NCBI RefSeq assembly: GCF_018977255.1
Contig: NW_024704743.1
Coordinates: 56,732,001 to 56,796,000, forward strand
Source: Callorhinchus milii
Taxonomy: Eukaryota
Direction: 5' to 3'
DNA: 64,000 nt
How positions within the stretch are numbered: position 1 is the stretch's first letter; each line of letters begins with the position of its first letter. Positions 1-12,056 of this stretch are shown piece by piece. Position numbers and translations under genes: made by a program. Below the pieces are notes generated by a model that saw only the letters and a program-made list of their open reading frames with translations, was not told where the DNA came from and made no database searches.

Positions 1-457
1 GCATTCAGTTCCAAAGTAGCATTGGCACCAGCAAGGAAGAAGCCACCTGTATCTTCCTTTATTCATCTTCTTCCTTCTCTGAGGAAGAGAATACCACAAG
101 AGGAAAAATCAAGCTCCTACAAGCCAAATAAACACTACATTTTAACTGTAAATAGTTTAAAGAAACTGTGATTTTCACACCCATAGAAGAAGGCCATTCG
201 ACCCATTGTATCTGTGCCGGCTAACCCAAATCTCACCAAATTCACTATCATCCTGTACCACGCAGGATGGCATTGATGACCCTGATTCTTATTTAGAAAA
301 CGTTTCATAGTCTCACCCCACCCTATTTATGTAATCTTCTCCAGCCCCCACACTCTGGCCCGTATAGACTCTTTTAGGCTACTTGCTCCTCACCACTTAC
401 ACTACGTTATCAGTGGCCACCACTCAGCACTATGCCGCTGCCCATTGGAACTCTCTT

Positions 458-746
458 ATAATAATAATAATCCTTGTATTTGCTATAGCACTTTTCACGT
501 CTTCTAGACATCCCAAAACGCTTCACAGAATATACTGTAAAGTGAATTGACTGTATATTTGTGGGCAAAATGCAGCAGCCAATTGCACACAAACAGTCGT
601 GGATTGAAGTGATCAATCTATTATTGTTATTTTTTCTTGAGAGATTATTATCAAGCGTGTGGAGAAAGGAAACTTGTCCAAGGTTTCGCCCTGCCGGGAA
701 TCGAACCTAGATCTCTTGCTTGTGAGTCGAGTGCTCTAACCATTGA
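458..746 (-). mobile_element. tRNA-derived CORE-type SINE with internal deletion (tail-less duplicate at 7428-7696)
   Basis: Minus strand has TCAATGGTTAGAGC (A box region), GGTTCGATTCCCGG (B box), the shared body and an (ATT)n tail. Matches the other copies in the window. Confidence 0.9.
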
Positions 747-747
747 T

Positions 748-1500
748 TCTTATCACATTGTTGAGATGTCTCAAAGCACTTGACAGAATATACAACAACA
801 ACAACAACTTGGATTTATATAGCGGCCTCCACGTCGGATGGCGTCTCAGAGCACTTCACAGTAACGGATCCCGGGACCGAGCCAGGGGGAGGGGGCGGAA
901 GGTGACCAAAGGCGCAGTCGAAAAGAAAGGTCTTCAAAAGAGACCTGAAAGTAGGAAGAGAGCGGGTGAGGTGAAGGGAGTGAGGAAGGGAGTTCCAGAG
1001 CCTCGGGGCATAGTGGCTGAAGGCACGGCCGCCGAGGGTGGAGCGGAGGACTCGGGGGACAAGGAGGAGGCCAGACACGGAGGATCGAAGGCAACGGGTA
1101 TTGTTTTGAGGAGAGAGGAGGTCAGAGAGGTAGGGGGGTGCAGAGGAGTGGAGGGACTTGAATACAAGGGTGAGGATCTTGAAATCGATCCTCTCTGGGA
1201 AAGGCAGCGGTGATCGGGGAACGTAGTTTGGTGCGGGTGAGAATGCGGGCGGCAGAGTTTTGGATGATTTGGATTTTATGGATGGTAGTGGATGGGAGAC
1301 TGGCGAGGAGGGCGTTAGAGTAGTCCAGCCGAGAGGTGACAAAGGCATGGATAGGGTTTCAGCGGTTTTCGGAGAGAGGTGTTTGCGGAGACAGGCGATA
1401 TATTGTAATGTGGATTGACTGTGTATTTTGTGTGCAAAATGCAGTCGGCAATTGCACACAGCAGTGTTCCACAAACACCAATTAATTTAGTGACCACATT
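748..1500 (-). mobile_element. SINE 3' portion split by an L2 insertion (pieces 748-793 and 1398-1500; duplicate 7698-8450)
   Basis: SINE motif CACAGAATATAC|TGTAAAGTGAATTGACTG is broken at 793 and resumes at 1398 with ATATA repeated. Confidence 0.8.
794..1397 (-). mobile_element. L2 LINE 3' fragment, internally deleted (duplicate 7744-8347)
   Basis: [37 protein letters not shown], typical L2 ORF2 C-terminus; (TTG)n tail at 794-808. Confidence 0.93.
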
Positions 1501-3195
1501 TTTGTGGGTCTGAGAGGCTGATTTAGGAATGGATTAACGGAGGTGGTTTGTGGTTTATTACCCCATTTCTGTGCTGTAACATTCTAGGATTTTGTGAAAT
1601 AAACGGAAGGACCTGGTTCACCAAAACCCTGTGTGCGATCTTTACTGACTTTATAAGATACCTTTACCTCATTACCTCTGTCCCTGCTTTAAACAAGATC
1701 CTGAAAAATGTATCTTTGATCATATCTTTAAGTTAAATTCTCTCATTCTCCTGCTCAGTGTCCACTGTTACATTTGTCAAGTGCTATGCTTTTATTTGAT
1801 GATATTCTTTTACTTAAAAGTATTATATAAATGCAAGCTGTTGTCCTATTACTATCTGCATTACTCACAGAAATAAATATTTTTGCTTGTGAAATCACCT
1901 TGTTAGATACTTGGAGCATCTTGTGCCATAATAACCATCAGGACACAGTTGCTGTCAAAACATGAACAACAATAAAATAGTCACCATGATTAATGGCAAA
2001 AGTAGGAAACTGTTAAGTCTGTGTACTTAGAAAGAATAACACGCTCTGAAGTGTGTTCCACGGAGACGTGACATTGATAAAGCACTCAGCCTCAAACTCT
2101 CTCTCTATGGCATCATCTCAAGCCTTCTGTGTCATTGACTATAGAACTGACTACAGGCTGTGTGTCAACTTGTCATTTTAGTACCTCAGCCACTTGAAAG
2201 TCTTAGTATTTTAACACCTGTATCTGGTTCAACTAAAATTAAAGCATTTAGTACACAGGGGTCTAAACTGTGATATTCAGATACTGGATTTGTGATGTGA
2301 TTTTCAATTTTGGGTTTAAAAATATCAAATCCTGGATCCCAGGGCTGCTTCTGGTATTTCTTTTCAGACTTTGCCGTCATGGGATTTGACACTGATTATG
2401 AAATTTGCCATCGGATTTTTGCAAAGTGGAAGTCGCAACAAATCCCATAACTGAATAACACATTTTAGATCCTAGAACATAAGTCCACATAAATATGTTT
2501 ATGAACTAAGGCTAGATTAGATTAACGGATGATTTAAACTATAGAAATTTGCAGCTCAGAAGAAAGCTGTTAAACCCATTGTTTCTGAGTCGGCTCTTTG
2601 AAAGAGCAATCCATTCAGTCTTACATTTGCAATAACTTACATTTATGCACTATGCTTCACACAGGCAAAGCACATTCAAATTAAAAACTTTCTACAATTT
2701 TGTGTGATCTTAAACTTGAAGACAAAATAATCTCAGGCTAAGACCTGATGCCTGCAGTTTGTTCTGCTGCAATTATCATATATGTGGTATTGTGGGCATT
2801 CCTGACACACAACAGACACCTGGGAGTAAAGGAGATTGTAATTGAAGATGTAGGTTGATTGAAAGATGAGTCCAGGTTGGATCATTCCATCAAGTTGCTG
2901 TCTCAATTCTAACCTTCTCAGTAACTTCTCATTATAGCTGATGATTCAATTCTGCTTTAATTTCCTCACTGCCTGTGGGCTGCGATGAGGTTAGTTATGT
3001 TGCTTAGTGGATAGAAGGCCCTTGTGTACAATGGTAGTTTTATTTACGTTTATCTGTATCTCTGAACAACAAAAGCCCTGTTTGTTTTATAAAAATAATC
3101 TTGTGTTTGGGTCACTCTATACATTACTCTGAAGAAGCTCAAGAGGTGTATTCCTACTTGGTTAATTGTGGTTGTATAAATTGGTAGTATAAGAC

Positions 3196-4330
3196 CGCTC
3201 CCTTGGCTCAGTGAAGCTATTCAGCGAGTTATTGAAACATACCAACCAAGAAGTTCCCAGTTTCTACTGTAATAGAGAGTTACACATGAATTGGCAGTAG
3301 AAGTGCTACAATTGGCTTCAGCAGTTTGGGTTAGATATGGAAATGTCAGCTACATTTCTGTTCGACCCTGAGCTGTCCTTTCTCCCTCATATCTGCGTCA
3401 CAACTGGCACCGCCTTCCATCACCTCCGGAATGTCACCAGACTACGGCACTACCTCACCCCTCACGCTGCTGAAACTCTGGTCTACGCCTTTATCACCTC
3501 AAGGCTGGACTATGGGAACTCTCTCCTCACCGGCCTTCCCGGCACCTCCCTCCACAAGCTGCAGGTCATTCAGAACTCTGCAGCTCGTGTACTGTCCCGC
3601 ACCAGGCTTCAGGACCACCTCACTCCTACCCTCGCTCCCCTCCACTGGCTCCCCATCCCCCAGACGATTGATTTCAAGATCCTCATCCTCACCTACAAGG
3701 CCATTCACGGCGTTGCTCCCTCCTACCTCTCCAAACTACTATCCCCCTACCTACCTGCCCGTACCCTCCGTTCCTCTGGCTCCGGTCTGCTCCACATCCC
3801 CCGCCCCAACCCCCCTACCATCGGTGGCCGGGCCTTCAGCCTCTCAATCCCGAGGCTCTGGAACTCTATCCCCCAGTGCCTTCGCCGCCTCTTCCCTTTC
3901 CTCCTTCAAGGCCGGTCTCAAGACCTTTCTCTTTGACCGTGTCTTCAGCTCCCCTCTCGACTCTCTACCCCCTCCTCGCTCCCCTCACCCTGACCATTTC
4001 CCCCCTGCTCGGGTCCTGACCCAACTGTCCAGCGCCTTGGGACGTCCTCCCGACGTGAAAGGCGCTCTATAAATGGAATCTTGTTGTTGTTGTTGTTGTA
4101 CATTTACCACTCGTCATCAGTATCTGGAAATTACTGTTGGACACATGTTTTTGGACAGACATCAAGGGGAAACAGGATCAGGCTTGCTTGTGATTTCTCC
4201 TCTAATCAAGGTTCACGTATGAATATTGGACACTTGGCACTCTGCCAGAGTAAAAGGGAAAACATGAGTGTCCTCCAGGAGACACAAGAAGGGCAAAACG
4301 TTGTTGAGGTTTTTTTTAACAAAAGGGTAG
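3196..4330 (+). mobile_element. Old interspersed SINE-like repeat split by an L2 (pieces 3196-3357 and 4099-4330; duplicate 10146-11280)
   Basis: Shares motifs (GCTACAATTGG, AGGTTCAC..GAA) with 53950-54620 and, inverted, 24290-24560. Boundaries approximate. Confidence 0.5.
3358..4098 (+). mobile_element. L2 LINE 3' fragment with 7-bp TSD TACATTT
   Basis: AFITSRLDYGNSLL, LQVIQNSAARVL, LHWLPI, IDFKIL motifs; 3' hairpin and (TTG)n tail; TACATTT at 3351-3357 and 4099-4105. Confidence 0.95.
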
Positions 4331-4388
4331 GAGAGTGAGTTGCATACATTTTATCTTGCTTACCCTTGACTCATTTCTTTGGTACTAT

Positions 4389-4765
4389 GGAAGTCCTGTA
4401 GCTCCATAGTTATAGCAGTTACCTTGCAAGCGAGAGACCTGGGTTTGATTCCCTGCAGGATAAAATGTTTGGCAAGTTTCCTTACTCCACACACCTCTGG
4501 TTACCTCGCAGTAAGTAGTAATCTGGTTGTTAGTCGATTGGCGGATCGTTTTTTCGGGGTTAATAATTCTTTCCCCCCCAAAAAATTGGGCACTTCAATC
4601 CACGACTGTTTGTGGAACACTGCTGTGTGCAATTGGCGACCATGTTTTGCCCACAAAATATACAGTCAATTTGCTTTACAGCATTTTCTGTGAAGCGCTT
4701 TAAGATGTCTAGAAAATGTGAAAAGCGCTATAGCAAATGCAAAGATTATTATTATTATTACTACT
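4389..4765 (+). mobile_element. Full-length tRNA-derived CORE-type SINE (duplicate 11338-11714)
   Basis: AGTCCTGTAGCTC head, GGTTTGATTCC B box, GGCAAGTTTCCTTACTCCACAC core, AGCGCT..AGCGCT 3' hairpin, (ATT)n tail. Confidence 0.93.
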
Positions 4766-5107
4766 ACTGCAATTATGATTTAAATATATGTCAAATATGA
4801 TGCTAACCCATGTCTTACCACACATTGGCAATGGGCTGCTACATTTTTGTTATATTTATTTTTTTAAAAAGAGGCATTAATAATGATAATAGCTGTTGCT
4901 TGCAGCACTGTGCTTCCTAATAGAGAGTCATATGAGGATGCTCGCAATTTGCTCTAGCTGCCATTCAAGTGAAAATCGAGGACACTCGCATAGCCGGTCG
5001 GAAGTTGGGGAAATTATCCAAGTGCAGTGGAAGCTCCTTCTATGTTTGCTGTGAATGTTTAATGGATCTCTGGATCAATGAAACCTCCACTCAGCAGGAG
5101 CTGCTTG

Positions 5108-5137
5108 NNNNNNNNNNNNNNNNNNNNNNNNNNNNNN
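5108..5137. other. Assembly gap (30 N)
   Basis: Run of 30 N. Confidence 1.
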
Positions 5138-5214
5138 GTTCAACTTATTTAGGAACATCCCTTGTGTATGCATCCTGACTACGAACGGCCATCCCTTCAT
5201 CACCCGCGGCATTT

Positions 5215-5525
5215 CCTCACAGTGGGAGTCGAAGGAAAGAATCTGCGAGGCGCGGCAGGGAGGGCGGAGGAGCCGGTTGGTGGTGGAGAACAGGAGCCTG
5301 GGATTGCGCTTCGCCTCCAGGATTAACTTGGAATAGAAGGATGATTTGGCCGAGGCGAGAGCGTCTAGCCAGATATGTTGGTGGACAGTTAGGCCGGATT
5401 TGAGCTAAGTGCGTTGGTAGCCCGCACTGGCCCTTGAGTGAGCAGAGGTGTCTAGTGAACCAGGGTGAGGATCGGGAATAGGAGGCAGTTCGGGAGGTGA
5501 GGGGGACAAGGGCAGTGGAAAGGGT
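5215..5525 (-). mobile_element. L2 ORF2 internal fragment (endonuclease-RT linker), noisy contig end
   Basis: LVPLTSRTASYSRSSPWFT..L..LK motif on the minus strand. Confidence 0.75.
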
Positions 5526-5559
5526 GCTGTACCTCTGTAAGGTATCCTCTGAAACATCT

Positions 5560-5910
5560 TTTTCCAAGACTGAAGAACCCTGCCTTATTTAATCTTTGCT
5601 CATTCCTCTAACACTGGAGATTATCTGTATTGCTCTCCTCTGCACTGTCTCTAGGGTGTAGGAAATCCTATTATATTGTGGCACACAGACCTGTAAGTAG
5701 TAGCCAAATGCAGCTTGACAGGCACTGTACAGCTTGAGTATGATGGCTGGGGATTTGAACTCAACTGATTTGGCAATATAGCCTAGCGTTCTGTTTGACT
5801 TATTTATTGCTGCTTCACACTTTTTGACATGGTGAGTGATGAGTCAACTAACACCCCTAGATCTTTTTCAGCTTCCCCCTTGGCAAGTTCTATCCCATAC
5901 AAGGAGAGCA
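5560..5910 (-). mobile_element. Degraded CR1 LINE fragment (RT C-terminal region)
   Basis: Resembles the minus-strand CR1 at 57600-57950 (TTGCTCTCCTCTGCAC, CAGACCTGTAAGTAGTA). Confidence 0.6.
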
Positions 5911-7260
5911 TTTATGTGCATTGAACTACATTTGCAGGTCAGAGCTGCCATGTTGATCAAAAGTTACAGTATCCACAAGTGTATCTGTGAGCTTGGTTGC
6001 ATTTCTACAGAGTAGTCACTCAGAAAGTGCATATGTGTTAACTAATTTTAACAATGGACTCCCATGGAGGGAATTTTGAATGACAAGATAGGTACCAGTG
6101 CTTCTTTAAATGGCTTGGTATATTTGGAGCACATTACTACTGAGTCTATGATACAAATGAAAGTGGATTCGTTGATATCACAACACTACTGCCAAGTGAT
6201 GCATAAACTCTCAGGCAAACCCCAAAGGGAACTGATTTCAACAGAGGAGTAGGTGCTTCCAACACAAATGATATTTCAGTCCTCTGGAGTTGGTATTGAG
6301 CCCTCTCTGACAATCGGTTAGATAAGGTTTAGATAAGAACTCAAGCACTCACCGCTGCACATCAGTCAAGCCATTTTACAGTGTATCCTATGAATTACTT
6401 TCAGACGCCTTGACACCGTGATCAGGCTCTGCATCAAATGCAAGGATTATTATTACAAAATTGAGGGTTTGCATTTTGCACTAAGTACCCTGCAATGGAA
6501 ATATTTCACATAGCCTTGCTGTTGGCTTCAGTATTTGTTGCGTGGACAGATGCAGGGGAAAAATGAGGCTGGACGTTATTTATTAGTAGGCCGTGTTCCT
6601 GCAAGTAAAAGCAAATAGTGGTGCTGGAGATAGAATCAGTGAATAGCTGGAGTTACCATAAGAAGCAGATTGTACTTAGCCCTCCCATCTATCCAAATGC
6701 ATCCGCTGGGAAATAGCTGAAATTTTCTTAACTCCTTAGACAGGCTGTAATTAGCGATAAAGATTAGCATTGATTCTAGACATTGGAAATGAAAGGTATG
6801 GCTTTAATTTACTGTTCTACTGACTTGTCCTACCTGTCTCTCCATTTTTTCCCTTTGAGTTGTCCCAACACATTTCCTTCTTAACAGGAGGATAGGATGG
6901 ATGAACTTTAGATTTTTCCATAATGGGTTGCTACTTAGCCATTTTCTTTTACACTGGTACAGCTGTTTTTATCTAGAGACCTGTTTGCTGGATGGAAGTT
7001 CTAAATGGTAATAGAGTTACTTTTTTTGGAAACAAAAATAACTCAAGTTTCTGATTCAGTCCAGACCTTATGCTGCTATTGCATTACAGGTTCCTGTTGG
7101 AACAGGGAGTTTCAGAGTTGACTGACTAATTTTGAAAATCTGCAAACATTTGATAACAGCTCAGTCAGCTTCATTTGCTGGCTTTCTTACCTCTGGGTCA
7201 ATAGGTGGTGAGTTCAAACTACACATCGACACTTGAACTTATTGTTCAGACTGACATTGT

Positions 7261-7430
7261 GGAGTCCTGTAGCTCAGTAGTTAGAGCATTCACCTCGCAA
7301 GCAAGAGACCTATTCTATTCCTAGCAGTACGAAATGTTGCGCAGGTTTCTTTACTCCACATGCCTCTATTTACCTAGTAGTTAGTAGAAACCCAGTTGAT
7401 TGTCAGATCGGTTTTTTGGGGATAATAATT
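7261..7430 (+). mobile_element. 5' half of the tRNA-derived SINE, fused to an opposite-strand SINE
   Basis: GGAGTCCTGTAGCTCAGTAGTTAGAGC head and core; ends at GATAATAATT. Confidence 0.85.
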
Positions 7431-10400
7431 TGCTATAGCACTTTTCACGTCTTCTAGACATCCCAAAACGCTTCACAGAATATACTGTAAAGTGAATTGA
7501 CTGTATATTTGTGGGCAAAATGCAGCAGCCAATTGCACACAAACAGTCGTGGATTGAAGTGATCAATCTATTATTGTTATTTTTTCTTGAGAGATTATTA
7601 TCAAGCGTGTGGAGAAAGGAAACTTGTCCAAGGTTTCGCCCTGCCGGGAATCGAACCTAGATCTCTTGCTTGTGAGTCGAGTGCTCTAACCATTGATTCT
7701 TATCACATTGTTGAGATGTCTCAAAGCACTTGACAGAATATACAACAACAACAACAACTTGGATTTATATAGCGGCCTCCACGTCGGATGGCGTCTCAGA
7801 GCACTTCACAGTAACGGATCCCGGGACCGAGCCAGGGGGAGGGGGCGGAAGGTGACCAAAGGCGCAGTCGAAAAGAAAGGTCTTCAAAAGAGACCTGAAA
7901 GTAGGAAGAGAGCGGGTGAGGTGAAGGGAGTGAGGAAGGGAGTTCCAGAGCCTCGGGGCATAGTGGCTGAAGGCACGGCCGCCGAGGGTGGAGCGGAGGA
8001 CTCGGGGGACAAGGAGGAGGCCAGACACGGAGGATCGAAGGCAACGGGTATTGTTTTGAGGAGAGAGGAGGTCAGAGAGGTAGGGGGGTGCAGAGGAGTG
8101 GAGGGACTTGAATACAAGGGTGAGGATCTTGAAATCGATCCTCTCTGGGAAAGGCAGCGGTGATCGGGGAACGTAGTTTGGTGCGGGTGAGAATGCGGGC
8201 GGCAGAGTTTTGGATGATTTGGATTTTATGGATGGTAGTGGATGGGAGACTGGCGAGGAGGGCGTTAGAGTAGTCCAGCCGAGAGGTGACAAAGGCATGG
8301 ATAGGGTTTCAGCGGTTTTCGGAGAGAGGTGTTTGCGGAGACAGGCGATATATTGTAATGTGGATTGACTGTGTATTTTGTGTGCAAAATGCAGTCGGCA
8401 ATTGCACACAGCAGTGTTCCACAAACACCAATTAATTTAGTGACCACATTTTTGTGGGTCTGAGAGGCTGATTTAGGAATGGATTAACGGAGGTGGTTTG
8501 TGGTTTATTACCCCATTTCTGTGCTGTAACATTCTAGGATTTTGTGAAATAAACGGAAGGACCTGGTTCACCAAAACCCTGTGTGCGATCTTTACTGACT
8601 TTATAAGATACCTTTACCTCATTACCTCTGTCCCTGCTTTAAACAAGATCCTGAAAAATGTATCTTTGATCATATCTTTAAGTTAAATTCTCTCATTCTC
8701 CTGCTCAGTGTCCACTGTTACATTTGTCAAGTGCTATGCTTTTATTTGATGATATTCTTTTACTTAAAAGTATTATATAAATGCAAGCTGTTGTCCTATT
8801 ACTATCTGCATTACTCACAGAAATAAATATTTTTGCTTGTGAAATCACCTTGTTAGATACTTGGAGCATCTTGTGCCATAATAACCATCAGGACACAGTT
8901 GCTGTCAAAACATGAACAACAATAAAATAGTCACCATGATTAATGGCAAAAGTAGGAAACTGTTAAGTCTGTGTACTTAGAAAGAATAACACGCTCTGAA
9001 GTGTGTTCCACGGAGACGTGACATTGATAAAGCACTCAGCCTCAAACTCTCTCTCTATGGCATCATCTCAAGCCTTCTGTGTCATTGACTATAGAACTGA
9101 CTACAGGCTGTGTGTCAACTTGTCATTTTAGTACCTCAGCCACTTGAAAGTCTTAGTATTTTAACACCTGTATCTGGTTCAACTAAAATTAAAGCATTTA
9201 GTACACAGGGGTCTAAACTGTGATATTCAGATACTGGATTTGTGATGTGATTTTCAATTTTGGGTTTAAAAATATCAAATCCTGGATCCCAGGGCTGCTT
9301 CTGGTATTTCTTTTCAGACTTTGCCGTCATGGGATTTGACACTGATTATGAAATTTGCCATCGGATTTTTGCAAAGTGGAAGTCGCAACAAATCCCATAA
9401 CTGAATAACACATTTTAGATCCTAGAACATAAGTCCACATAAATATGTTTATGAACTAAGGCTAGATTAGATTAACGGATGATTTAAACTATAGAAATTT
9501 GCAGCTCAGAAGAAAGCTGTTAAACCCATTGTTTCTGAGTCGGCTCTTTGAAAGAGCAATCCATTCAGTCTTACATTTGCAATAACTTACATTTATGCAC
9601 TATGCTTCACACAGGCAAAGCACATTCAAATTAAAAACTTTCTACAATTTTGTGTGATCTTAAACTTGAAGACAAAATAATCTCAGGCTAAGACCTGATG
9701 CCTGCAGTTTGTTCTGCTGCAATTATCATATATGTGGTATTGTGGGCATTCCTGACACACAACAGACACCTGGGAGTAAAGGAGATTGTAATTGAAGATG
9801 TAGGTTGATTGAAAGATGAGTCCAGGTTGGATCATTCCATCAAGTTGCTGTCTCAATTCTAACCTTCTCAGTAACTTCTCATTATAGCTGATGATTCAAT
9901 TCTGCTTTAATTTCCTCACTGCCTGTGGGCTGCGATGAGGTTAGTTATGTTGCTTAGTGGATAGAAGGCCCTTGTGTACAATGGTAGTTTTATTTACGTT
10001 TATCTGTATCTCTGAACAACAAAAGCCCTGTTTGTTTTATAAAAATAATCTTGTGTTTGGGTCACTCTATACATTACTCTGAAGAAGCTCAAGAGGTGTA
10101 TTCCTACTTGGTTAATTGTGGTTGTATAAATTGGTAGTATAAGACCGCTCCCTTGGCTCAGTGAAGCTATTCAGCGAGTTATTGAAACATACCAACCAAG
10201 AAGTTCCCAGTTTCTACTGTAATAGAGAGTTACACATGAATTGGCAGTAGAAGTGCTACAATTGGCTTCAGCAGTTTGGGTTAGATATGGAAATGTCAGC
10301 TACATTTCTGTTCGACCCTGAGCTGTCCTTTCTCCCTCATATCTGCGTCACAACTGGCACCGCCTTCCATCACCTCCGGAATGTCACCAGACTACGGCAC

Positions 10401-12056
10401 TACCTCACCCCTCACGCTGCTGAAACTCTGGTCTACGCCTTTATCACCTCAAGGCTGGACTATGGGAACTCTCTCCTCACCGGCCTTCCCGGCACCTCCC
10501 TCCACAAGCTGCAGGTCATTCAGAACTCTGCAGCTCGTGTACTGTCCCGCACCAGGCTTCAGGACCACCTCACTCCTACCCTCGCTCCCCTCCACTGGCT
10601 CCCCATCCCCCAGACGATTGATTTCAAGATCCTCATCCTCACCTACAAGGCCATTCACGGCGTTGCTCCCTCCTACCTCTCCAAACTACTATCCCCCTAC
10701 CTACCTGCCCGTACCCTCCGTTCCTCTGGCTCCGGTCTGCTCCACATCCCCCGCCCCAACCCCCCTACCATCGGTGGCCGGGCCTTCAGCCTCTCAATCC
10801 CGAGGCTCTGGAACTCTATCCCCAGTGCCTTCGCCGCCTCTTCCCTTTCCTCCTTCAAGGCCGGTCTCAAGACCTTTCTCTTTGACCGTGTCTTCAGCTC
10901 CCCTCTCGACTCTCTACCCCCTCCTCGCTCCCCTCACCCTGACCATTTCCCCCCTGCTCGGGTCCTGACCCAACTGTCCAGCGCCTTGGGACGTCCTCCC
11001 GACGTGAAAGGCGCTCTATAAATGGAATCTTGTTGTTGTTGTTGTTGTACATTTACCACTCGTCATCAGTATCTGGAAATTACTGTTGGACACATGTTTT
11101 TGGACAGACATCAAGGGGAAACAGGATCAGGCTTGCTTGTGATTTCTCCTCTAATCAAGGTTCACGTATGAATATTGGACACTTGGCACTCTGCCAGAGT
11201 AAAAGGGAAAACATGAGTGTCCTCCAGGAGACACAAGAAGGGCAAAACGTTGTTGAGGTTTTTTTTAACAAAAGGGTAGGAGAGTGAGTTGCATACATTT
11301 TATCTTGCTTACCCTTGACTCATTTCTTTGGTACTATGGAAGTCCTGTAGCTCCATAGTTATAGCAGTTACCTTGCAAGCGAGAGACCTGGGTTTGATTC
11401 CCTGCAGGATAAAATGTTTGGCAAGTTTCCTTACTCCACACACCTCTGGTTACCTCGCAGTAAGTAGTAATCTGGTTGTTAGTCGATTGGCGGATCGTTT
11501 TTTCGGGGTTAATAATTCTTTCCCCCCCAAAAAATTGGGCACTTCAATCCACGACTGTTTGTGGAACACTGCTGTGTGCAATTGGCGACCATGTTTTGCC
11601 CACAAAATATACAGTCAATTTGCTTTACAGCATTTTCTGTGAAGCGCTTTAAGATGTCTAGAAAATGTGAAAAGCGCTATAGCAAATGCAAAGATTATTA
11701 TTATTATTACTACTACTGCAATTATGATTTAAATATATGTCAAATATGATGCTAACCCATGTCTTACCACACATTGGCAATGGGCTGCTACATTTTTGTT
11801 ATATTTATTTTTTTAAAAAGAGGCATTAATAATGATAATAGCTGTTGCTTGCAGCACTGTGCTTCCTAATAGAGAGTCATATGAGGATGCTCGCAATTTG
11901 CTCTAGCTGCCATTCAAGTGAAAATCGAGGACACTCGCATAGCCGGTCGGAAGTTGGGGAAATTATCCAAGTGCAGTGGAAGCTCCTTCTATGTTTGCTG
12001 TGAATGTTTAATGGATCTCTGGATCAATGAAACCTCCACTCAGCAGGAGCTGCTTG
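7428..12056 (+). repeat. Duplicated block A, copy 2
   Basis: Matches 478-5107 from ATTTGCTATAGCA to CAGGAGCTGCTTG. Confidence 0.97.
10308..11047 (+). mobile_element. L2 LINE 3' fragment (duplicate of 3358-4098)
   Basis: Identical to 3358-4098 apart from one C. Confidence 0.95.

Larger units (their letters stand above)
478..5107 (+). repeat. Duplicated block A, copy 1 (near-identical to 7428-12056)
   Basis: Sequence and ORF track repeat at offset 6950/6949. The only difference I saw is one C in a homopolymer near 3871. Ends exactly at an N gap. Confidence 0.97.

Noticed and set aside
743..1213. 156-aa G/R/E-rich ORF and similar P/S-rich ORFs (3431, 10381, 20345, 29068, 61752)
   Set aside because: Antisense or alternative frames of C-rich L2 sequence.
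2938..3140. CTGATGA/CTGAAGA motifs as further hammerhead cores
   Set aside because: No stem II followed by GAAA at these or the other CTGANGA sites I checked.
4389..4460. tRNA gene (also 7261, 15776, 26210)
   Set aside because: tRNA-like heads run straight into SINE bodies, with no complete cloverleaf or terminator.
10287..11021. 244-aa ORF, longer than its twin at 3337
   Set aside because: Truncated L2 ORF2 C-terminus. The extra length comes from one missing C in a homopolymer, probably an error that happens to restore the frame. Not a gene.
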